Part shown: piece by piece, positions 48,671 to 59,110 of the stretch
How positions within the stretch are numbered: position 1 is the stretch's first letter
How the letters are laid out: each line of letters starts with the position of its first letter
NCBI GenBank assembly: GCA_030583805.1
Contig: CP129476.1
Coordinates: 669,640-733,639, forward strand
DNA: 64,000 bases
DNA from: Patescibacteria group bacterium
GTDB lineage: Bacteria > Patescibacteriota > Patescibacteriia > SG8-24 > DYFX01
Direction of reading: 5' to 3'
The notes under the pieces: generated by a model
Database searches by the model: none
What the model saw: only the letters and a program-made list of their open reading frames with translations
Told to the model about the DNA's origin: nothing
Position numbers and translations under genes: made by a program

Positions 48671-49518
48671 CACACCCTCCAGGGCTTGTCCTTGTCGTCG
48701 TTGTCGAACTTCTCCCCCTTCGCGAACGGTTCGAGGATCCACTCGGCGCCCGTGTCGGACGGGCGCGCGCGGTACCCGTAGATGAGACCGGGCGAGACCT
48801 TGAGCGCGGCGAAGAGCCAGGAGATGAGGCGCGGAACGATGAGATCGTTGCCGCCCTCGTCGCGATTCAGCTCCCTGAATGACTGGAAGTCTTCGAAGGG
48901 CGCCTTGCCGGGCGACGGCCGATACACGTTCCAGGCATCCTCCCAAAGGCAGCGCCCGACGTGTTTCACGATCGAGCTGGCGGGAATGGCCGTGCCGGGA
49001 CGTCCTGGAATGAGGAAGGAGCCGGCTTGCGTCATCAGGAACGTGCACGGCTCTTCGCCGCGGCGGTGATAGCTGCGCAGCGTCATCGCGATCGTGTCCG
49101 CCGTGCGGAACGCGACCAGCGGACTGAGCCGCGCGCTCGGCAGCGCGAACTTCTCGAACTCGAGCTCCGGGTGACGGGCGATGAAGCCGGCCACGGTCGC
49201 TTCGAGCGAACGCGTCTCCGCCTCAACTGCGGCATTCAGCCGCACGATGTCGGACACCCGTTCATCAAGCGCGTCCTCGGAATCGTCGGCGTCTTCCATG
49301 AACTCGAGCAGCTTTATGGAGAGGGCGACGACCATCATGCCAGCCAAAGCGATGTCCGTAACCTCGAAGAGGTCGGCGTTCTGGCACGTCTCGCACTCGA
49401 TCACATGCGTGCGAATCGCATCGGCCTCCACTTTGGCGAGGCGGTCGAACTCGGGTGCGTCAATGTGTTGCACAAGATCGGCCAGCAAGGCCTTCCATCG
49501 GTTGCAAAGATCGGACAT
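48670..49518 (-). CDS. Hypothetical protein
   Basis: 282-aa ORF with an acidic N-terminal region (HVIECETCQNADLFE). Confidence 0.45.
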   Translation of the reverse strand: MSDLCNRWKALLADLVQHIDAPEFDRLAKVEADAIRTHVIECETCQNADLFEVTDIALAGMMVVALSIKLLEFMEDADDSEDALDERVSDIVRLNAAVEAETRSLEATVAGFIARHPELEFEKFALPSARLSPLVAFRTADTIAMTLRSYHRRGEEPCTFLMTQAGSFLIPGRPGTAIPASSIVKHVGRCLWEDAWNVYRPSPGKAPFEDFQSFRELNRDEGGNDLIVPRLISWLFAALKVSPGLIYGYRARPSDTGAEWILEPFAKGEKFDNDDKDKPWRV

Positions 49519-49608
49519 GGCGACCTCCTTGGTCGGACAGGCCGACAGTAGCGCGGGCGACCGCCTGCGTCAATCCGTTTTCCGAGGCGGTCTGATATAC
49601 TTAAGGAC

Positions 49609-51306
49609 ATGAGCCACATCTTTCTCGAACTCACCCTCGTCCTCGCGCTCGCCACGGGTTTCGGCATGCTCGCGCGATGGCTGCGGCAACCGACCATTCT
49701 CGGATACATCGCGACAGGACTTATCGTCGGGCCTCTTGGTCTCCTCCAGCTGAACAGCCCTGAAACGCTCGATGCCATGGCCGAGCTCGGCATCACCTTC
49801 CTACTGTTCTTGGTGGGCATGGAGATGCGTTTCAAGGATCTCAAGCACGTCGGAAAAGCCGCGCTCTTGACCGGCATCGGCCAGATCGTTTTCACGTTCG
49901 TGATCGGCTACGGCCTGACGCGCCTGCTCGGATACGGCGAGCTGGCAGCCCTCTACATCGCCGTGGCGCTGACCTTCTCTAGCACGATCATCGTCGTGAA
50001 ACTCCTTTCGGAAAAGCGCGAGCTTGAGAGCCTGCACGGCAAAATCGTCATCGGCTTCCTGCTCGTGCAGGACTTCGTAGCCCTTCTTTTCCTGATCCTC
50101 CTTACCAGCCTTTCCGGATCCGAAAACGCCACTCTGGCGACGCTTCCGTATGCGGCCATCGGGTTCGCCTTCCTCAAAGGCGCCGCGCTTTTGGCTGTTT
50201 CGCTGGCGATCGGCCGATGGATCATGCCGCGCCTCCTGCGCTCGGTCGGCCACTCGCAAGAAGTACTCTTCCTCGTCTCGATGGCATGGGGCATGGGCAT
50301 GGCGGCGGTCGCGGCGCTGCCGCAGGTCGGCCTGACGATCGAGATCGGCGCGTTCTTGGCCGGTATCGCTCTCGCCGGCAGCATCGAACGCCACCAGATC
50401 ACGAGCCGCATCAAATCGCTGCGCGACTTTTTCATCGTCGTATTCTTCATCGTGCTCGGCTCGAAGATGGTCCTGAGTTCCGCCGCCGCCGTCACGACGC
50501 CCGCGATCGTCCTTTCCCTCTTCGTCCTGATCGGCAATCCGATCATCGTGCTCGTGATCATGGGCTTGCTGGGCTATCGCTCGCGCACGTCGTTCATGGC
50601 GAGCGTGACGGTCGCCCAAATCTCGGAGTTCAGCTTGATCCTGATGGCGCTCGGCTCGCGGCTTGGGCACGTCAATTCCGAGGTGGTTTCGCTCGTCACC
50701 GTCGTCAGCATCGCCACGATCGCCATCTCGTCCTACCTCATCATCTACAGCGAGACGCTGTACGGATGGTTGAAGACGCCGTTGAAAATTTTCGAGTTCC
50801 GCGCGCAGAAGGAGCGCCGCCCGCATGACGAGGCGCGGCGCGGGCACATCGTGCTGGTCGGCTGCCATCGCATGGGCCACAACATCCTCGCCTCGCTGGA
50901 GGAAATGCATAAGGATTTCACCGTCGTCGACTTCAACCCGGAAGTCGTCGAGCGCCTCGCCAAGCGCGGCATTCACGCCGTGTATGGCGACATTTCCGAT
51001 CCCGAAATCGCCGAGCTCTGCGGCCTCGATCACGCGCGGCTCGTGATTTCGACCGTGCCGCCCGTCGAAGACTCTCGCGCCATTCTCGCGTACACGCGCA
51101 AGCACAACCCGGGCGCCAAAGTCATTCTCACCGCCGACAACGAATACGAATCGCTCGACCTCTACGAAGCCGGGGCGGATTACGTCCTGCTGCCTCATTT
51201 CATCGGCGGCATCCAGCTGGCGCGGCTTCTCGAGGGCGACACGTCGCTCTCGTCGCTCGTCAAATTGCGCGAGCAGGATATCGCGATCATTACCGGTCAC
51301 CCCTAA
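49609..51306 (+). CDS. Monovalent cation:proton antiporter-2 (CPA2) family, Kef-type, with C-terminal RCK/TrkA-N domain
   Basis: 565 aa with ~12 TM segments. The C-terminal Rossmann segment reads GHIVLVGCHRMGHNILASL...DFTVVD. Confidence 0.85.
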   Translation: MSHIFLELTLVLALATGFGMLARWLRQPTILGYIATGLIVGPLGLLQLNSPETLDAMAELGITFLLFLVGMEMRFKDLKHVGKAALLTGIGQIVFTFVIGYGLTRLLGYGELAALYIAVALTFSSTIIVVKLLSEKRELESLHGKIVIGFLLVQDFVALLFLILLTSLSGSENATLATLPYAAIGFAFLKGAALLAVSLAIGRWIMPRLLRSVGHSQEVLFLVSMAWGMGMAAVAALPQVGLTIEIGAFLAGIALAGSIERHQITSRIKSLRDFFIVVFFIVLGSKMVLSSAAAVTTPAIVLSLFVLIGNPIIVLVIMGLLGYRSRTSFMASVTVAQISEFSLILMALGSRLGHVNSEVVSLVTVVSIATIAISSYLIIYSETLYGWLKTPLKIFEFRAQKERRPHDEARRGHIVLVGCHRMGHNILASLEEMHKDFTVVDFNPEVVERLAKRGIHAVYGDISDPEIAELCGLDHARLVISTVPPVEDSRAILAYTRKHNPGAKVILTADNEYESLDLYEAGADYVLLPHFIGGIQLARLLEGDTSLSSLVKLREQDIAIITGHP

Positions 51307-51397
51307 ACGTCGCCCGAGACGCACCATCTCGCGCGTCCGTGCCGGTGATCCGCATAGAGAAAAGCCCCGTCCTGACGATCGTCAGGTACGGGGCGTT

Positions 51398-52732
51398 TTA
51401 TCGTTTGCACTCACTGCCGTCGACCGGCCATTCGACGGCGCACTTCGGAGCTTTCTTCCGCTTCAGCTTTTTCATGGGCGGAAGCGGCTGGCGCGCGCGC
51501 CAATCGTGGTACCCGTCGGCGGCTTTGCGAGCCTCTTCCTTATCGATGAGGTCGGGATTGCGTCTGGCAAGCCGGTGCGCGATCACGAAGTCTTCCGCGT
51601 CGAGCGCCGCCTTGAACGCCAGTGCAGGACCTTCCTTGCGAAAGGCGTCGTCGCAACCGACCTCGGCGATGATGGTCGCGTCTTCATAGAGTTTGAGTTC
51701 CAGCGCACGGTCGAACGCGCGGCGAACCCACTCTCCAGTCTTGGCCAAGCGACCGACGATGCGGACTTCATCCAGCGTCAATGCGATCGCGAGCGCGTGC
51801 TCGTGCTCTTCAGGGTGCCGATCCAAGAACGCCTTGAGGCGGTATTCCCAGTGCCCGCGCAGCATGTGCTGAAAGAGCTGTGCCTTCGCTTCATCACCCA
51901 TCCGCGCGCTTGCGGCAAGGGCCAGGGCGATATCGTATTCCTCGGACTGCATCGCGGCGAAGAAGTACTGTCGCGCCTCCTCTTGGGGAAGAAGCCACTC
52001 CGAAGGGTCGAACGTGCCCTCCTCGCAGTCCGCTTCTATCAGCATCTTCACGACGTTTTCGGGCGGCGGGCGCAAAGCGCTCACGGCGCGCAAACCGCGA
52101 TCGCAGCCAGGGTAGACGTATCCCCACTGCCCGAAAGCGGACACGTACCCCGTCGCGAAATACTCGGCCACGAACGCGGATCGTTTCTCCGCATCCCACT
52201 TCGCCTTCTCGATCTGCTCGAACGCAAAGTCGTCGAGCTTGTCGGACGCCGCCGCGTCAATGATATCGTCGCGGAGCTCCGGCTCGACCGGGCAATCGAA
52301 TTGCAGCAGGAGCCGGCGAAGCGCTTCGTTGTTCACCTGCGCATGCGCTTCGATCACGTCGTCGATCGCGAGCGTACCTGACGCTTTTACCGGCCCGTAT
52401 AGGCAGGCGATACGTACCTCGACTTGGAAGGCCCTCCAAGCCTCCTGACGCAAGTCTTCATCGAGCACGCTGTAGCCCTTGGGGTACGCCGCGAGCTTGG
52501 CCTGCGCCGCCTTGCGCGCTTCTTCAAGCGCGAGACCGATCAACATCGGATCCAGCTTGGCTTTCCAGGCGGCCTCAGCCGCCAGAGCGTACTGGCCAGC
52601 CAAAAAGTGCTTCCTCCACGCTCCGCCCGCGGCGGAACGCTCCAGCGTTTCCGCGGTCGTTTTCGTGGTCGTATCCTTCGGGCTGTGCAGGCACCCGGCC
52701 AGAACGAAAGCCGTCATCATCCATGCACGCAT
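51398..52732 (-). CDS. Lipoprotein, alpha-helical (hypothetical)
   Basis: Start MRAWMMTAFVLAGC is a lipobox with a GGGAGG SD. The long upstream ORF extension is rejected as Arg-rich antisense sequence of the GT2 gene. Confidence 0.55.
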   Translation of the reverse strand: MRAWMMTAFVLAGCLHSPKDTTTKTTAETLERSAAGGAWRKHFLAGQYALAAEAAWKAKLDPMLIGLALEEARKAAQAKLAAYPKGYSVLDEDLRQEAWRAFQVEVRIACLYGPVKASGTLAIDDVIEAHAQVNNEALRRLLLQFDCPVEPELRDDIIDAAASDKLDDFAFEQIEKAKWDAEKRSAFVAEYFATGYVSAFGQWGYVYPGCDRGLRAVSALRPPPENVVKMLIEADCEEGTFDPSEWLLPQEEARQYFFAAMQSEEYDIALALAASARMGDEAKAQLFQHMLRGHWEYRLKAFLDRHPEEHEHALAIALTLDEVRIVGRLAKTGEWVRRAFDRALELKLYEDATIIAEVGCDDAFRKEGPALAFKAALDAEDFVIAHRLARRNPDLIDKEEARKAADGYHDWRARQPLPPMKKLKRKKAPKCAVEWPVDGSECKR

Positions 52733-52773
52733 GAGTCCTCCCTTGGCAAAAAGGCCTCGAAAATCACCGTAAC

Positions 52774-53484
52774 CTACCCCAACTCTTTGCGCAACGCCGC
52801 TGCTTTTTTGAGAAAATGGAATCCCGTCGAGAAAAGCCGAACCTTGCTCGGACCGGCGGCGCCGGGGCGTTCCGTCCAACGAATGCCGATCTCGTCGATG
52901 CGCGCCTGGCTTTGACGCAGCCGCGCGAGCAATTCCGTATCGAAGAAAAAACCGTCGTCGCGGATCGTCGGCAACGCGTCGTTGCGCACGCGGACGGAGA
53001 ACGCCTTGCAGCCGCATTGAGGATCGCGCACGCCGAGTCCGAGCAAGGCGTTGGCAACGGCGGCGTAGGCGCGCGTCACCGCTTTCCGCACCAGCGGACG
53101 TCCAACCTCGGAATCGGACGCTCGGCGCGAACCGATGGCGCAATCCGCGCCCTCGGCAACGGCGCGGATGAGCCGCTCGGCGGAAACGAGGTCGGCGGAA
53201 AGATCCGCATCCATGAAAAGATAGACGTCCGCTTCGACGGCGGCGGCGGCCCGCTTGATCGCGCCGCCCTTGCCGGCGACGTTCGTGCCGAGCGCGATCG
53301 TGCCCGGCAGCAATTTTTCCAAAAGTTTCGCGACCCACGCCGTGCTGTCATGCGAGCCGTTTTCCGACAGCACGAGCGTAAAACCGTCGCCGTACGCCGC
53401 CTTCCCCCACTCCCAAACCCGCTTCGCGTTCGCTTCGAGAATCGCGGCTTCGTCGTGAGCGGGAATAAGGACGGCGACGCGCAT
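52774..53484 (-). CDS. Family 2 glycosyltransferase (DPM1/GtrB-like)
   Basis: VLIPAHDEA is followed by the DxD motif FMDADLSAD. The size and pattern fit the GT2 catalytic domain. Confidence 0.75.
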   Translation of the reverse strand: MRVAVLIPAHDEAAILEANAKRVWEWGKAAYGDGFTLVLSENGSHDSTAWVAKLLEKLLPGTIALGTNVAGKGGAIKRAAAAVEADVYLFMDADLSADLVSAERLIRAVAEGADCAIGSRRASDSEVGRPLVRKAVTRAYAAVANALLGLGVRDPQCGCKAFSVRVRNDALPTIRDDGFFFDTELLARLRQSQARIDEIGIRWTERPGAAGPSKVRLFSTGFHFLKKAAALRKELG

Positions 53485-53487
53485 CGG

Positions 53488-54708
53488 TCAAAATCCGTCG
53501 AGCGGTACGTGCGGGTCGGCGAGATCGCTTTCGCGACCCGCGACGGAAACGCCAGAGGTGATCAATGCCGCGGCAGCGGCGCGCTGGTCCACCGCGTTCA
53601 AAAGCGTCGCGCCGATCACGCGGCCGCCGAGCGTGCGGAACTCAACGATCTTTTTTCCATCCTCAAGCACGCGCTCGTAGCGCTGCGCTTCCGGCAGCAT
53701 GCGGGATTCGCCGAGGAACAGCAGGCTCGCGCCGGGGAAGACGGCCGTGCTGTAGCCCGTCAGCAAGACGAACTTCTCGTGCCTGCCGAGGAGCGCCTGG
53801 CCGACGTGCCTGCCTTGGGCGATCGCGTTGGCCCAGTTGCCGACGACGCGGCGGAAGCCGACGACCTCGTCATCGTATTCGGCGCAGTCGCCGGCAACCC
53901 AGACGTTCTCATGGCTTGCTTTCAAATACGCGTCGGCGAGCAGGCCCTGCGTGCCGCGAAGGTCGCCGAACGGCTCCATCGGAGTTTCGATGCCGATCCC
54001 GACGCCGACGAGGTTGCAGGGAACCGTCTCGCCGGTTGAAAGCGTCACGCCGGAAATCCCGCCTTCGACCTCGACGGCCGCGACTTTCGCGCCGTTGCGC
54101 ACCTCGACGCCTTTTGCCTCGAGCGCGGCTTGCACCGCATGGCCGATTTTTTCTCCGAGCGCGGACGTCCAAAAGTGCGGTCCGCGGTTGATCAGGGTCG
54201 CCTTCACGCCTTTTTCAACGCACGCGGCCGCAAACTCGATTGCGATGAATCCGCTGCCGACGATCGCCATGCGCATGTCGGGCACGAGGCGCTCGCGCAG
54301 CTTGATAGCGTCTTCATACGTCTGAAGCTGGAGAACGTCGGCGTGATCGGCGCCGGACATCTGCCACGCGCGCGGCTTGCCGCCGACCGCGATCAGCAAT
54401 TTTTTGTAGGAAATTTCTTCGTCGCCGTCGAGCGTGGCGATGCTGCGCTTGTAGTCGACGCGCAGCACGGAGCGGCCGCGCATCAGCTCGATGCGCTTTT
54501 CGGCATACCACGCTTCGTTTTTCAAAAACGCCTTCTCCGGGGAGATCTTGCCCTTGGCCGCATGCGGCAAGAGCACGCGCGAATAGAGCTGGTGCGCTTC
54601 GTCGCTCACGATGACGACGTCGCCCTGGCCGCCGCCGACCCGGTAGGTCTCGGCCGCCGTGGTGCCCGCCGCGCCGCCGCCGATGATCAGAATCTCGACT
54701 TCCCGCAT
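53488..54708 (-). CDS. FAD-dependent pyridine nucleotide-disulfide oxidoreductase (ferredoxin/rubredoxin-NAD(P)+ reductase-like)
   Basis: IIGGGAAG is the FAD GxGxxG motif, IVGSGFIAIE is the NAD GxGxxG motif, and the C-terminal dimerisation region is present. Confidence 0.8.
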   Translation of the reverse strand: MREVEILIIGGGAAGTTAAETYRVGGGQGDVVIVSDEAHQLYSRVLLPHAAKGKISPEKAFLKNEAWYAEKRIELMRGRSVLRVDYKRSIATLDGDEEISYKKLLIAVGGKPRAWQMSGADHADVLQLQTYEDAIKLRERLVPDMRMAIVGSGFIAIEFAAACVEKGVKATLINRGPHFWTSALGEKIGHAVQAALEAKGVEVRNGAKVAAVEVEGGISGVTLSTGETVPCNLVGVGIGIETPMEPFGDLRGTQGLLADAYLKASHENVWVAGDCAEYDDEVVGFRRVVGNWANAIAQGRHVGQALLGRHEKFVLLTGYSTAVFPGASLLFLGESRMLPEAQRYERVLEDGKKIVEFRTLGGRVIGATLLNAVDQRAAAAALITSGVSVAGRESDLADPHVPLDGF

Positions 54709-54726
54709 ATGCGAAATCTACCCGCG

Positions 54727-54966
54727 TTACGGGTAGACTTGGTTGCCGTCTTCGTCGTAGAGGAAGATGGCTTTCGTCGGGCAGGATTCCGCCGCCATCT
54801 TGATCGTCTCGGCGTCGTGGCCGTCGATATCGACGAGATAGGCTTTGTTTTCCTCATCCATCTGGAAGGTGCCCGGCGCGATCACGACGCACGAAGCCGC
54901 CCCGATGCAGAGGTCGCGGTCGATGACGATCTTGGTGATTTTGAGCGGCTTGGTTTCTTCAGACAT
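54727..54966 (-). CDS. Single-cluster [4Fe-4S]/[3Fe-4S] ferredoxin
   Basis: CIGAASC...ESCP cysteine pattern as in Pyrococcus/Thermotoga-type ferredoxins. It is adjacent to the oxidoreductase. Confidence 0.7.
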   Translation of the reverse strand: MSEETKPLKITKIVIDRDLCIGAASCVVIAPGTFQMDEENKAYLVDIDGHDAETIKMAAESCPTKAIFLYDEDGNQVYP

Positions 54967-55020
54967 ATCGCGGACAGCGTAAATCAAAACCGCCCCTTCG
55001 GCAAGGGCGGTTCCTTCGAA

Positions 55021-56250
55021 CTATTCGTATCGCAGCGCCTCGATTGGATCGAGCTTTGAGGCCTTTCTTGCCGGATAGAGGCCGAAAATGACGCCGACCG
55101 CCGTCGCGACGCCGAAGGCCTTGAGCACGGCGTCGATCGGCACGACGAAGACCCAGCCGTCGATCATGTTGGCGACGATTTTGGAACCAAGCCACGAAAT
55201 AGTGGCGCCAAGGAGGGCTCCGAGGAGGCCGCCGAGCATGGTAAGCAGGATCGCTTCGATCAGGAATTGCGTCATGATGTCGCGTCGTCGCGCGCCGAGC
55301 GCTTTGCGCAGGCCGATTTCGCGGGTACGTTCCGTCACGGAGACGAGCATGATGTTCATGATGCCAATGCCGCCGACGAAAAGCGAAATCGAGGCGATTG
55401 CCGACAAGAAGACGGTCAGCGCCGACGAGATCGCGCCGAACGTTTCGGCGGCTTGCTCCTGCGTCGTTACCTGGAAGTCGTCCTTCTTGCGATCGCCTTC
55501 CGGATTGTCGATATCGTGCCGATCGCGCAGGAGGAGCCGGATGTCTTCCGCGCCGTATTCCGGATTGCCTTTGAGGCGGGCGGTAATAAAGGTCAGGTGA
55601 TCCTCGCCCTGCAGCTCCCGGCGAGCCGTGGTGATCGGGATGTAGACCGATTTGTCCAAGTCTTGGAAAAACAGGACGCCGAGCTTCGGCAGCACGCCGA
55701 TCACGAGAAACGTCTTGCGCTTCACCGTCACCGACTGGCCGACCGGATTATCGTCGCCGAAAAGGTCTTCCGCCGTCTTGGAGCCGAGCACGATCGAGCG
55801 CAGCGCACCTTCGACGTCGGACTCGTCGAACCAGCGGCCTTGCGCGGCCTCGAACGAGTTGAGCTCGGCGTACTCGACCGTCGTCGCCACGATTTGCGGA
55901 GAGACGTTCGTGCCGGCGCGGCTCACGACGCCGTCGACGTACTTGATCGGCGCGGAAATCTTCACGCTGTCGAGATTGTTGATGGCCACGAAGTCGTCGT
56001 ACTTGAGGGCGTTCAGCTGCGCGAAGTTCGGCGGGCCCGCCCCGTCGCCGCCGCCGGGCTCGACGAAGACGGAGTCCTGTCCGAAGCTTTCCAACTGATT
56101 CAAGATCAGGCCTTCAACGCCCTTGCCGAGCGACGTCATCAAAATGACCGAAGCGATGCCGATAATGATGCCGAGCATCGTGAGCAGCGTGCGCAGCTTG
56201 TGCCCGAACAAGGTCTTTACTGACGAGTGGATCGTTTCAAGATAGCGCAT
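55021..56250 (-). CDS. ABC transporter permease (MacB/FtsX family)
   Basis: 409 aa with an N-terminal TM, a large periplasmic domain, and a C-terminal FtsX-type 3-TM bundle. Confidence 0.85.
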   Translation of the reverse strand: MRYLETIHSSVKTLFGHKLRTLLTMLGIIIGIASVILMTSLGKGVEGLILNQLESFGQDSVFVEPGGGDGAGPPNFAQLNALKYDDFVAINNLDSVKISAPIKYVDGVVSRAGTNVSPQIVATTVEYAELNSFEAAQGRWFDESDVEGALRSIVLGSKTAEDLFGDDNPVGQSVTVKRKTFLVIGVLPKLGVLFFQDLDKSVYIPITTARRELQGEDHLTFITARLKGNPEYGAEDIRLLLRDRHDIDNPEGDRKKDDFQVTTQEQAAETFGAISSALTVFLSAIASISLFVGGIGIMNIMLVSVTERTREIGLRKALGARRRDIMTQFLIEAILLTMLGGLLGALLGATISWLGSKIVANMIDGWVFVVPIDAVLKAFGVATAVGVIFGLYPARKASKLDPIEALRYE

Positions 56251-56251
56251 A

Positions 56252-56992
56252 TCACTTCTGCAGGCCGTTGCCGTTTTTGGAGCTCTTGCGCGTCTGCACG
56301 GCCACGTCCCCCTCGATGAAGCCGTCGCGGATCGAAAGAATGCGGCGCGCGTGCTCGGCGGTCTCCTTCTCGTGCGTCACGAGAATGATGGTATTTCCCT
56401 TGTCGTTCAGATCTTCAAGAAGTTCCATGACGACGCCTCCGGACTTCGAGTCCAAGTTGCCCGTCGGTTCGTCGGCAAAAATCACGGCCGGCTTCGAGAC
56501 CAGGGCGCGCGCAATGGCCACGCGCTGCTTTTCTCCGCCAGAGATGCGCGTCACGGAGTAATCACGGCGATGCGCAAGCCCGACGTCCGCCACCGCTTCT
56601 TCGGCCCGCGCGACGCGCTCGTGTTCGGGAATGTCGTGATACGCGAGCGCAAGCTTGACGTTTTCAAGAACAGAAAGTTCCGGCAGCAGGAAAAAGGATT
56701 GAAAGACGAAACCGACGCGCTCGCGCCGCATGCGGGCGAGGTCGTCGTCGACCAGGCTGCTTACGTCCTGGCCGTCGAATTCATATCGGCCCTCCGTCGC
56801 GTGGTCGAGGAAACCGAGGATATGCATGAGCGTCGACTTGCCGGAGCCGGACGGACCCATGATGGCGATGAACTCCCCCTTTTCGATGCCGAACGAGACC
56901 CCCTTGAGTACGGGCGTCTCGACCTCGCCGCTCACATAGCTTTTTTTGAGCCCTTCGACGCGAATGAGGGGCGTTCCAGTACCGTTCGGCAT
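56252..56992 (-). CDS. ABC transporter ATP-binding protein (MacB/LolD-like)
   Basis: Start MPNGTGTPLIRVEGL. Motifs seen: Walker A GPSGSGKST, signature ISGGEKQR, Walker B IIFADEPT. The N-terminal extension of the ORF track is rejected. Confidence 0.88.
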   Translation of the reverse strand: MPNGTGTPLIRVEGLKKSYVSGEVETPVLKGVSFGIEKGEFIAIMGPSGSGKSTLMHILGFLDHATEGRYEFDGQDVSSLVDDDLARMRRERVGFVFQSFFLLPELSVLENVKLALAYHDIPEHERVARAEEAVADVGLAHRRDYSVTRISGGEKQRVAIARALVSKPAVIFADEPTGNLDSKSGGVVMELLEDLNDKGNTIILVTHEKETAEHARRILSIRDGFIEGDVAVQTRKSSKNGNGLQK

Positions 56993-56996
56993 GCGT

Positions 56997-58682
56997 TTAG
57001 CGTTTGACTTGTCCGTTCTCGCGGATCGAGAGGATGACTTCCTCGCCGCCCGCGAGCCCTTCCAAGACTTCCACAAGACCGTTGTCGCCGCGCGTGCCGA
57101 GCTGCACGTCGAGGCGCTTCTCCGCTCCGTCCTCAAGAATGCGGACGTACTTTTTTCCGTCATCGTCTTCGCGCACCGAGCGCTGCGGAACGATGAGCGC
57201 TTCAGGCCGCTCGATCGTGACGACCGTGACGGAAGCCGTCATGCCCGCGCGCACGGAATGGCCGTTTCCGACGAAGCGGAAACGCGTCTTGTAGTAGACG
57301 ACGTCTTGAATGACGGTTTGCGCCGTATCGATCGTGGCGAGTTCTCCCGCGAAGATCACGTCGTCGCCGTACGCGTCGAGCGTCATTTCCGCTTCCATGC
57401 CGACGCGCAGCTTGGCGATGTCGGTTTCCGGCACGTCGGCCTCGATTTCGTAGACGTCGTTGCCGTGCAGTTTCAGGATAACCTCGTTCGACGTGACGGT
57501 CGATCCGATGCGTCCGAGCACGGCGGCGATCGTGCCGTCGTACGGCGCGCGGATACGCGTGCGATCAAGGGCGATCGACGCTTCGCCGAGCGCGGCCGAA
57601 GCCTGGGTCACGCTCGCGCGCGCGGCCGCGAGATCGTACGACGTCGCCGGCGCCTTCTTGAGCGCGAGCGACGCCTTGGCGCTTTCAAGCGCGCCTTCGT
57701 ACGTGCGGACGTTTTGTTCCGCGGCGTTCAGCGCGGCGGAATTGGAGGCGATAATGCTGGCAACCAGCTGCCGTTGCGATTCAGAGGCGTTCACGGCGCT
57801 GTTCATATCAACCCAGGCGGCACGCACGTTCGCCTTGCGGGTATCGAACGCGGCCTGCGTGGTTTGGCTATTCGGCGTCGAGATCTGCATCAAATCGGTC
57901 GCGGTCTGGGCGGCTTGCCGGACGCTCTTCGCTTCCAGGAGGAGCGCCGCGAGAAGCGCGTCTTTGCCGGCGCGGTTCGCGAGACGATAGGCCGCGAGAT
58001 CGGCTTCCATTTTTGCGAAGTCGTTGCGCGCGTATCCGTAGTTCAAGGCCGTCTGCGTCGCCAGCATCGTGTTCGTCGTCCAAAAATCGGCGCGCAGGTT
58101 TCCAATCCCGTCAAAAACGTCGCTCCTCAGCACCTGCATGACGGTTGAGGCCTTGAGGAAGAGGGTTTCGATCTGGCCGTCCATGTCGGCATGCGCCTTC
58201 TGAAGGCTGGCGGCGTTCGACACGTTCGTGTCGGCAAGAGCCTGCCGGGCTTGTTCAAGCGCGATTTCAGCGTTGGAGACCGCGACTTCCGCCACGCGCA
58301 CGTCTTCCGGCGTCGCGCCGTTCACGAGGCGGTCCAGATTCGCTTGGGCGGACTGGAGCGAGGCTTGGGCGGACTGCACGCGCACGCGCTCATTGCGGTC
58401 GTCGAGCGTCGCGAGGATCGCGTTCGTTTTGACGGCGTCACCGACGCTCACGTCGATCGACCTTACGCGTCCCGAGCCTTCAAATTTCAAATCGACGTCG
58501 GTGGACGAAACGACCTCGCCCGTCACTTGGACGGTTTGGCGAAGCGTGCCGCGCTCGACCGTGTGCGTATCGTACTCGATCTTCGGGCCGCGCTTCGCGA
58601 AAACGCCGATCACGAGCACGGCGCCGATCACGACGCCTCCGTACGTCGCAAGACGTTTCCAATTGAGTTTCGGCAAGGTCAT
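56997..58682 (-). CDS. HlyD/MacA-family periplasmic adaptor subunit
   Basis: An N-terminal TM is followed by a long coiled-coil hairpin and beta-barrel/lipoyl segments. It overlaps marR by 4 nt (ATGA). Confidence 0.8.
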   Translation of the reverse strand: MTLPKLNWKRLATYGGVVIGAVLVIGVFAKRGPKIEYDTHTVERGTLRQTVQVTGEVVSSTDVDLKFEGSGRVRSIDVSVGDAVKTNAILATLDDRNERVRVQSAQASLQSAQANLDRLVNGATPEDVRVAEVAVSNAEIALEQARQALADTNVSNAASLQKAHADMDGQIETLFLKASTVMQVLRSDVFDGIGNLRADFWTTNTMLATQTALNYGYARNDFAKMEADLAAYRLANRAGKDALLAALLLEAKSVRQAAQTATDLMQISTPNSQTTQAAFDTRKANVRAAWVDMNSAVNASESQRQLVASIIASNSAALNAAEQNVRTYEGALESAKASLALKKAPATSYDLAAARASVTQASAALGEASIALDRTRIRAPYDGTIAAVLGRIGSTVTSNEVILKLHGNDVYEIEADVPETDIAKLRVGMEAEMTLDAYGDDVIFAGELATIDTAQTVIQDVVYYKTRFRFVGNGHSVRAGMTASVTVVTIERPEALIVPQRSVREDDDGKKYVRILEDGAEKRLDVQLGTRGDNGLVEVLEGLAGGEEVILSIRENGQVKR

Positions 58683-59101
58683 GGCAGGATTTTTTCAAAA
58701 AGTTTGATCATGAGGTCCTGTTCCTTCGTCGAGAGCCGCCCGAGGATGTGCGCCATCTGACGATCGACTTCCGCGAAGCGCCGGCTGATGAACGTTCTCC
58801 CCTTTGCCGTGAGACGCAGCCGGATGCTGCGGCGATCGCTCGCGTCCTGCTGGCGAATGAGGAACCCGGCGGCGACGAGACCGTCCGTCAGCGCCGTCGC
58901 CGAAGGCGGAGCGATGCGGAGAAACGAGGATAATTCCTTCATGGTCGGCTCGCCGCGCTCGCGCACGTATCCGAGCACGAGGAGGCGCGGCAGCGTCGAC
59001 GGGTCGAGCGGGAAGCTTTTCTTTCCGAGGCGCTCGTGGAGCGCGCGCTTCATCGCAAGCATCAATTCGATCAGCCGTCGAAGGCGGGCAGTCTGCGGCA
59101 T
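58679..59101 (-). CDS. MarR-family transcriptional regulator
   Basis: 140 aa with a wHTH (LPRLLVLGYVRERGEPTMKELSSFLRIAPPSATALTDGLVAAGFL). It is the first gene of the efflux operon. Confidence 0.8.
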   Translation of the reverse strand: MPQTARLRRLIELMLAMKRALHERLGKKSFPLDPSTLPRLLVLGYVRERGEPTMKELSSFLRIAPPSATALTDGLVAAGFLIRQQDASDRRSIRLRLTAKGRTFISRRFAEVDRQMAHILGRLSTKEQDLMIKLFEKILP

Positions 59102-59110
59102 GCCGAAAAC

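Noticed and set aside
48164-49048. 294-aa ORF as a single gene.
   Set aside because: The first 126 codons are the upstream gene's 3' region read out of frame. An ATG overlapping the upstream stop (TGATG) gives a 168-aa product.
51398-53338. 646-aa ORF.
   Set aside because: The N-terminal ~200 aa are Arg-rich antisense of the GT2 gene. A lipobox start (MRAWMMTAFVLAGC) with SD at 52732 gives a sensible 445-aa lipoprotein.
56252-57163. 303-aa extended ABC ATPase ORF.
   Set aside because: The extension overlaps the hlyD 3' end in another frame. The conserved ATPase begins at MPNGTGTPLIRVEGL (56992).
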